Sequence record: PP400787
Length of the DNA stretch: 64,000 nt
Source of the DNA: Escherichia phage FL23
Direction: 5' to 3' (one strand)
Under the pieces are notes generated by a model that searched no databases, had not been told where the DNA came from, and saw nothing but the letters and a program-made list of their open reading frames with translations. Shown piece by piece: positions 60,809 to 64,000 of this stretch. The translations under genes and the position numbers were made by a program. The stretch's first letter is position 1, and each line of letters opens with the position of its first letter.

Positions 60809-61442
60809 ACGCTTTTTTCATGGCCTCTGCGAGAGCCATATAGGCGTCATCGGCACTTGTATCGGCTTCCGCCGTCTGTGATTCGGTAATTTCCTTAGGA
60901 GTTACCCATGCATCTGGAGCACTTGGACCCCATACTGCATCAACACCTACAGTTAATTTGAATCCTTCGTTTACGATACGATAACCTTTATTTGTGTCAG
61001 TCAATGAACCTAATCCACGAGAAGAAACTCCTGGAATCCATCCGGCACGAATATTAGCTGCTAATTTATCTCCAGGACCATGGTCACCTTCAATAACACG
61101 AGCTCGTCCGTATACGTCATTTCCTTTCCACCACATATCTTCTATAATGATAGCGGCTTGCATCGGGTCAACATTAGCGCGTGGAGGATGATTTAATTCT
61201 CCGAGAGCTTGTTTAGTTAAAACTTGCTCATTAATATAGTCTTTTACCGCTTTTTCTAATATACGTTTTGGATAAAGACGTTTATTTCTATTGACGACTT
61301 CCGCTTGCATGAATATTCCTTCGATGTATAAACCAGGTTTTAAACCTAAGTCTTTTCCATCATGAGATTCAAGCATTGGTACGCCATCAATAATTTCGCC
61401 AGGTTGACCCCAAGTTTCAATTAGTAATTGGGGTTCATTCAT
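60804..61442 (-). CDS. 21: gp21 prohead protease
   Basis: 212 aa; [30 protein letters not shown]. Confidence 0.9.
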   Translation of the reverse strand: MNEPQLLIETWGQPGEIIDGVPMLESHDGKDLGLKPGLYIEGIFMQAEVVNRNKRLYPKRILEKAVKDYINEQVLTKQALGELNHPPRANVDPMQAAIIIEDMWWKGNDVYGRARVIEGDHGPGDKLAANIRAGWIPGVSSRGLGSLTDTNKGYRIVNEGFKLTVGVDAVWGPSAPDAWVTPKEITESQTAEADTSADDAYMALAEAMKKAL

Positions 61443-61867
61443 TAGCTTAATCCTAATGCTTTACGGCGTTTAAGAGCTTTTTTACGCTTACGCTGAGCAC
61501 GAGATTGACCTGCTGGATTGGCAATCTTCGTTTTGGTAGCTTTACGAGCAATTTGTCTACGTTTTGCTTTAGACAACCCGGTAGTTTGAAATGCATTACG
61601 TTCGCGGGTTTTGCGATCTTTAGTGCGAGTAATTTCACCACGGGCAGAAACATGTTTAACGATAAATTCATTTAACGGCATATTTTCATTAATAGAAGCT
61701 AATGCAACCGCTAAATCAGTTTCATCATCAAGCATATTCTCGACAATTGTATTTATATCGTCTTTATTTAAAGCGGAAGACAATTCGTCAAAGCGACCCT
61801 GTGCTTCAGGAATAAGTGCTTCGACATTCTCGAGAACTAATTCATGAGTTTCAGGGATCAGAAGCAT
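61442..61867 (-). CDS. 68: gp68 prohead core protein
   Basis: 141 aa, basic C-terminus; synteny 20-67-68-21. Confidence 0.75.
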
Positions 61868-62105
61868 TATTCATCATCCTCGTCTTCGTCAGAGTCTTTG
61901 TCTTTTTTGTCGTCTTTATCATCACTATCTTCGTCTTCGTCATCATCCTCGTCATCAGGTTCTTCACCTTCGATTAAGAAATTACGAGCGATAGCGATTT
62001 TTTCTTCTTTAATTAAATCAGTCGTTCTTGCAGCCATGGCTTCAGCAAATAATTTACGAGCGGCTACGAGGTCGTTTGATTTAATAGCTTCAATTAAACC
62101 TTCCA

Positions 62106-62106
<1 letters not shown>
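61867..62106 (-). CDS. 67: gp67 prohead core protein (highly acidic C-terminus)
   Basis: 79 aa; [32 protein letters not shown]. Confidence 0.75.
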
Positions 62107-63731
<1,625 letters not shown>

Positions 63732-63763
63732 TTAAGCAGGATGGGGATTTCTCCCCATTCATT

Positions 63764-64000
63764 TTATTCCCAATAATCGAGAGCAAGAGTTACTTCAAAG
63801 GTTTGGATTTCATTGTTTGAATCCCAATCTAATTGAAGTTCACCCACGTTAGTAGGCCACAGACCTTTAATTTCAATTTCTTTTGTTACTGTTTTAGCAT
63901 CACGAGCATATTGACGAACAATAGCGCTCTTTTTATACTCTGCAGGTTTTCCACCAGTAATTTCGTTTCCTTGACCAGCAGCAATGCTTTGCCAATCAAC
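63764..64000 (-). CDS. 19: gp19 tail tube protein, C-terminal part (N-terminus beyond window end)
   Basis: Open minus-strand frame to window edge ending ...FEVTLALDYWE*; synteny upstream of gene 20. Confidence 0.65.
   Translation of the reverse strand, partial: VDWQSIAAGQGNEITGGKPAEYKKSAIVRQYARDAKTVTKEIEIKGLWPTNVGELQLDWDSNNEIQTFEVTLALDYWE

Overview
This window is a contiguous ~64 kb segment of a T-even (T4-like, Tequatrovirus-type) myovirus genome, oriented opposite to the conventional T4 map. Gene order as read: arn/asiA, then holin t and long-tail-fibre genes 38-37-36-35-34 on the minus strand, then a plus-strand early/middle block (rnh, dsbA, 33, 59, 32, frd.x, frd, td with its group I intron and I-TevI, nrdA, nrdB with its intron, denA, rnlA, alc, pseT, cd, 31, rIII, the 30.x cluster, DNA ligase 30, alt), then baseplate genes 54-48-29-28-27-51 (minus) and 26-25 (plus), uvsY, uvsW.1/uvsW, a Seg-like GIY-YIG endonuclease, inh, hoc, rnlB, and head genes 24-23-22-21-68-67-20 with the 3' end of 19. 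Gene calls rest on my recognition of protein sequences and motifs plus synteny; no database search was run. Regulatory punctuation is classic T4: TATAAATA late promoters, GTTTAC-N17-TAnnAT early promoters often with stem-loops, a MotA-box middle promoter at uvsY, the gene 32 operator pseudoknot, and many GC-clamped UUCG/GAAA tetraloop hairpins. I could not identify one single undescribed system with confidence. The best candidates are: nrdA split in two by an HNH endonuclease gene with no intron core motifs; a 544-aa multi-domain putative nuclease at the nrdA-nrdB locus; an ORF inserted at the frd/td junction; an extra ORF block between frd.2 and frd.1; a GC-rich NADAR (YbiA-like) ORF next to a HAD-like hydrolase near the ADP-ribosyltransferase alt; a perfect 54-bp early-promoter cassette present twice, one copy truncating an alt N-terminal paralog; and an ORF-free GC-richer segment between rIII and 30.9. 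Statements about what T4 itself has at these positions are from memory and flagged as such.
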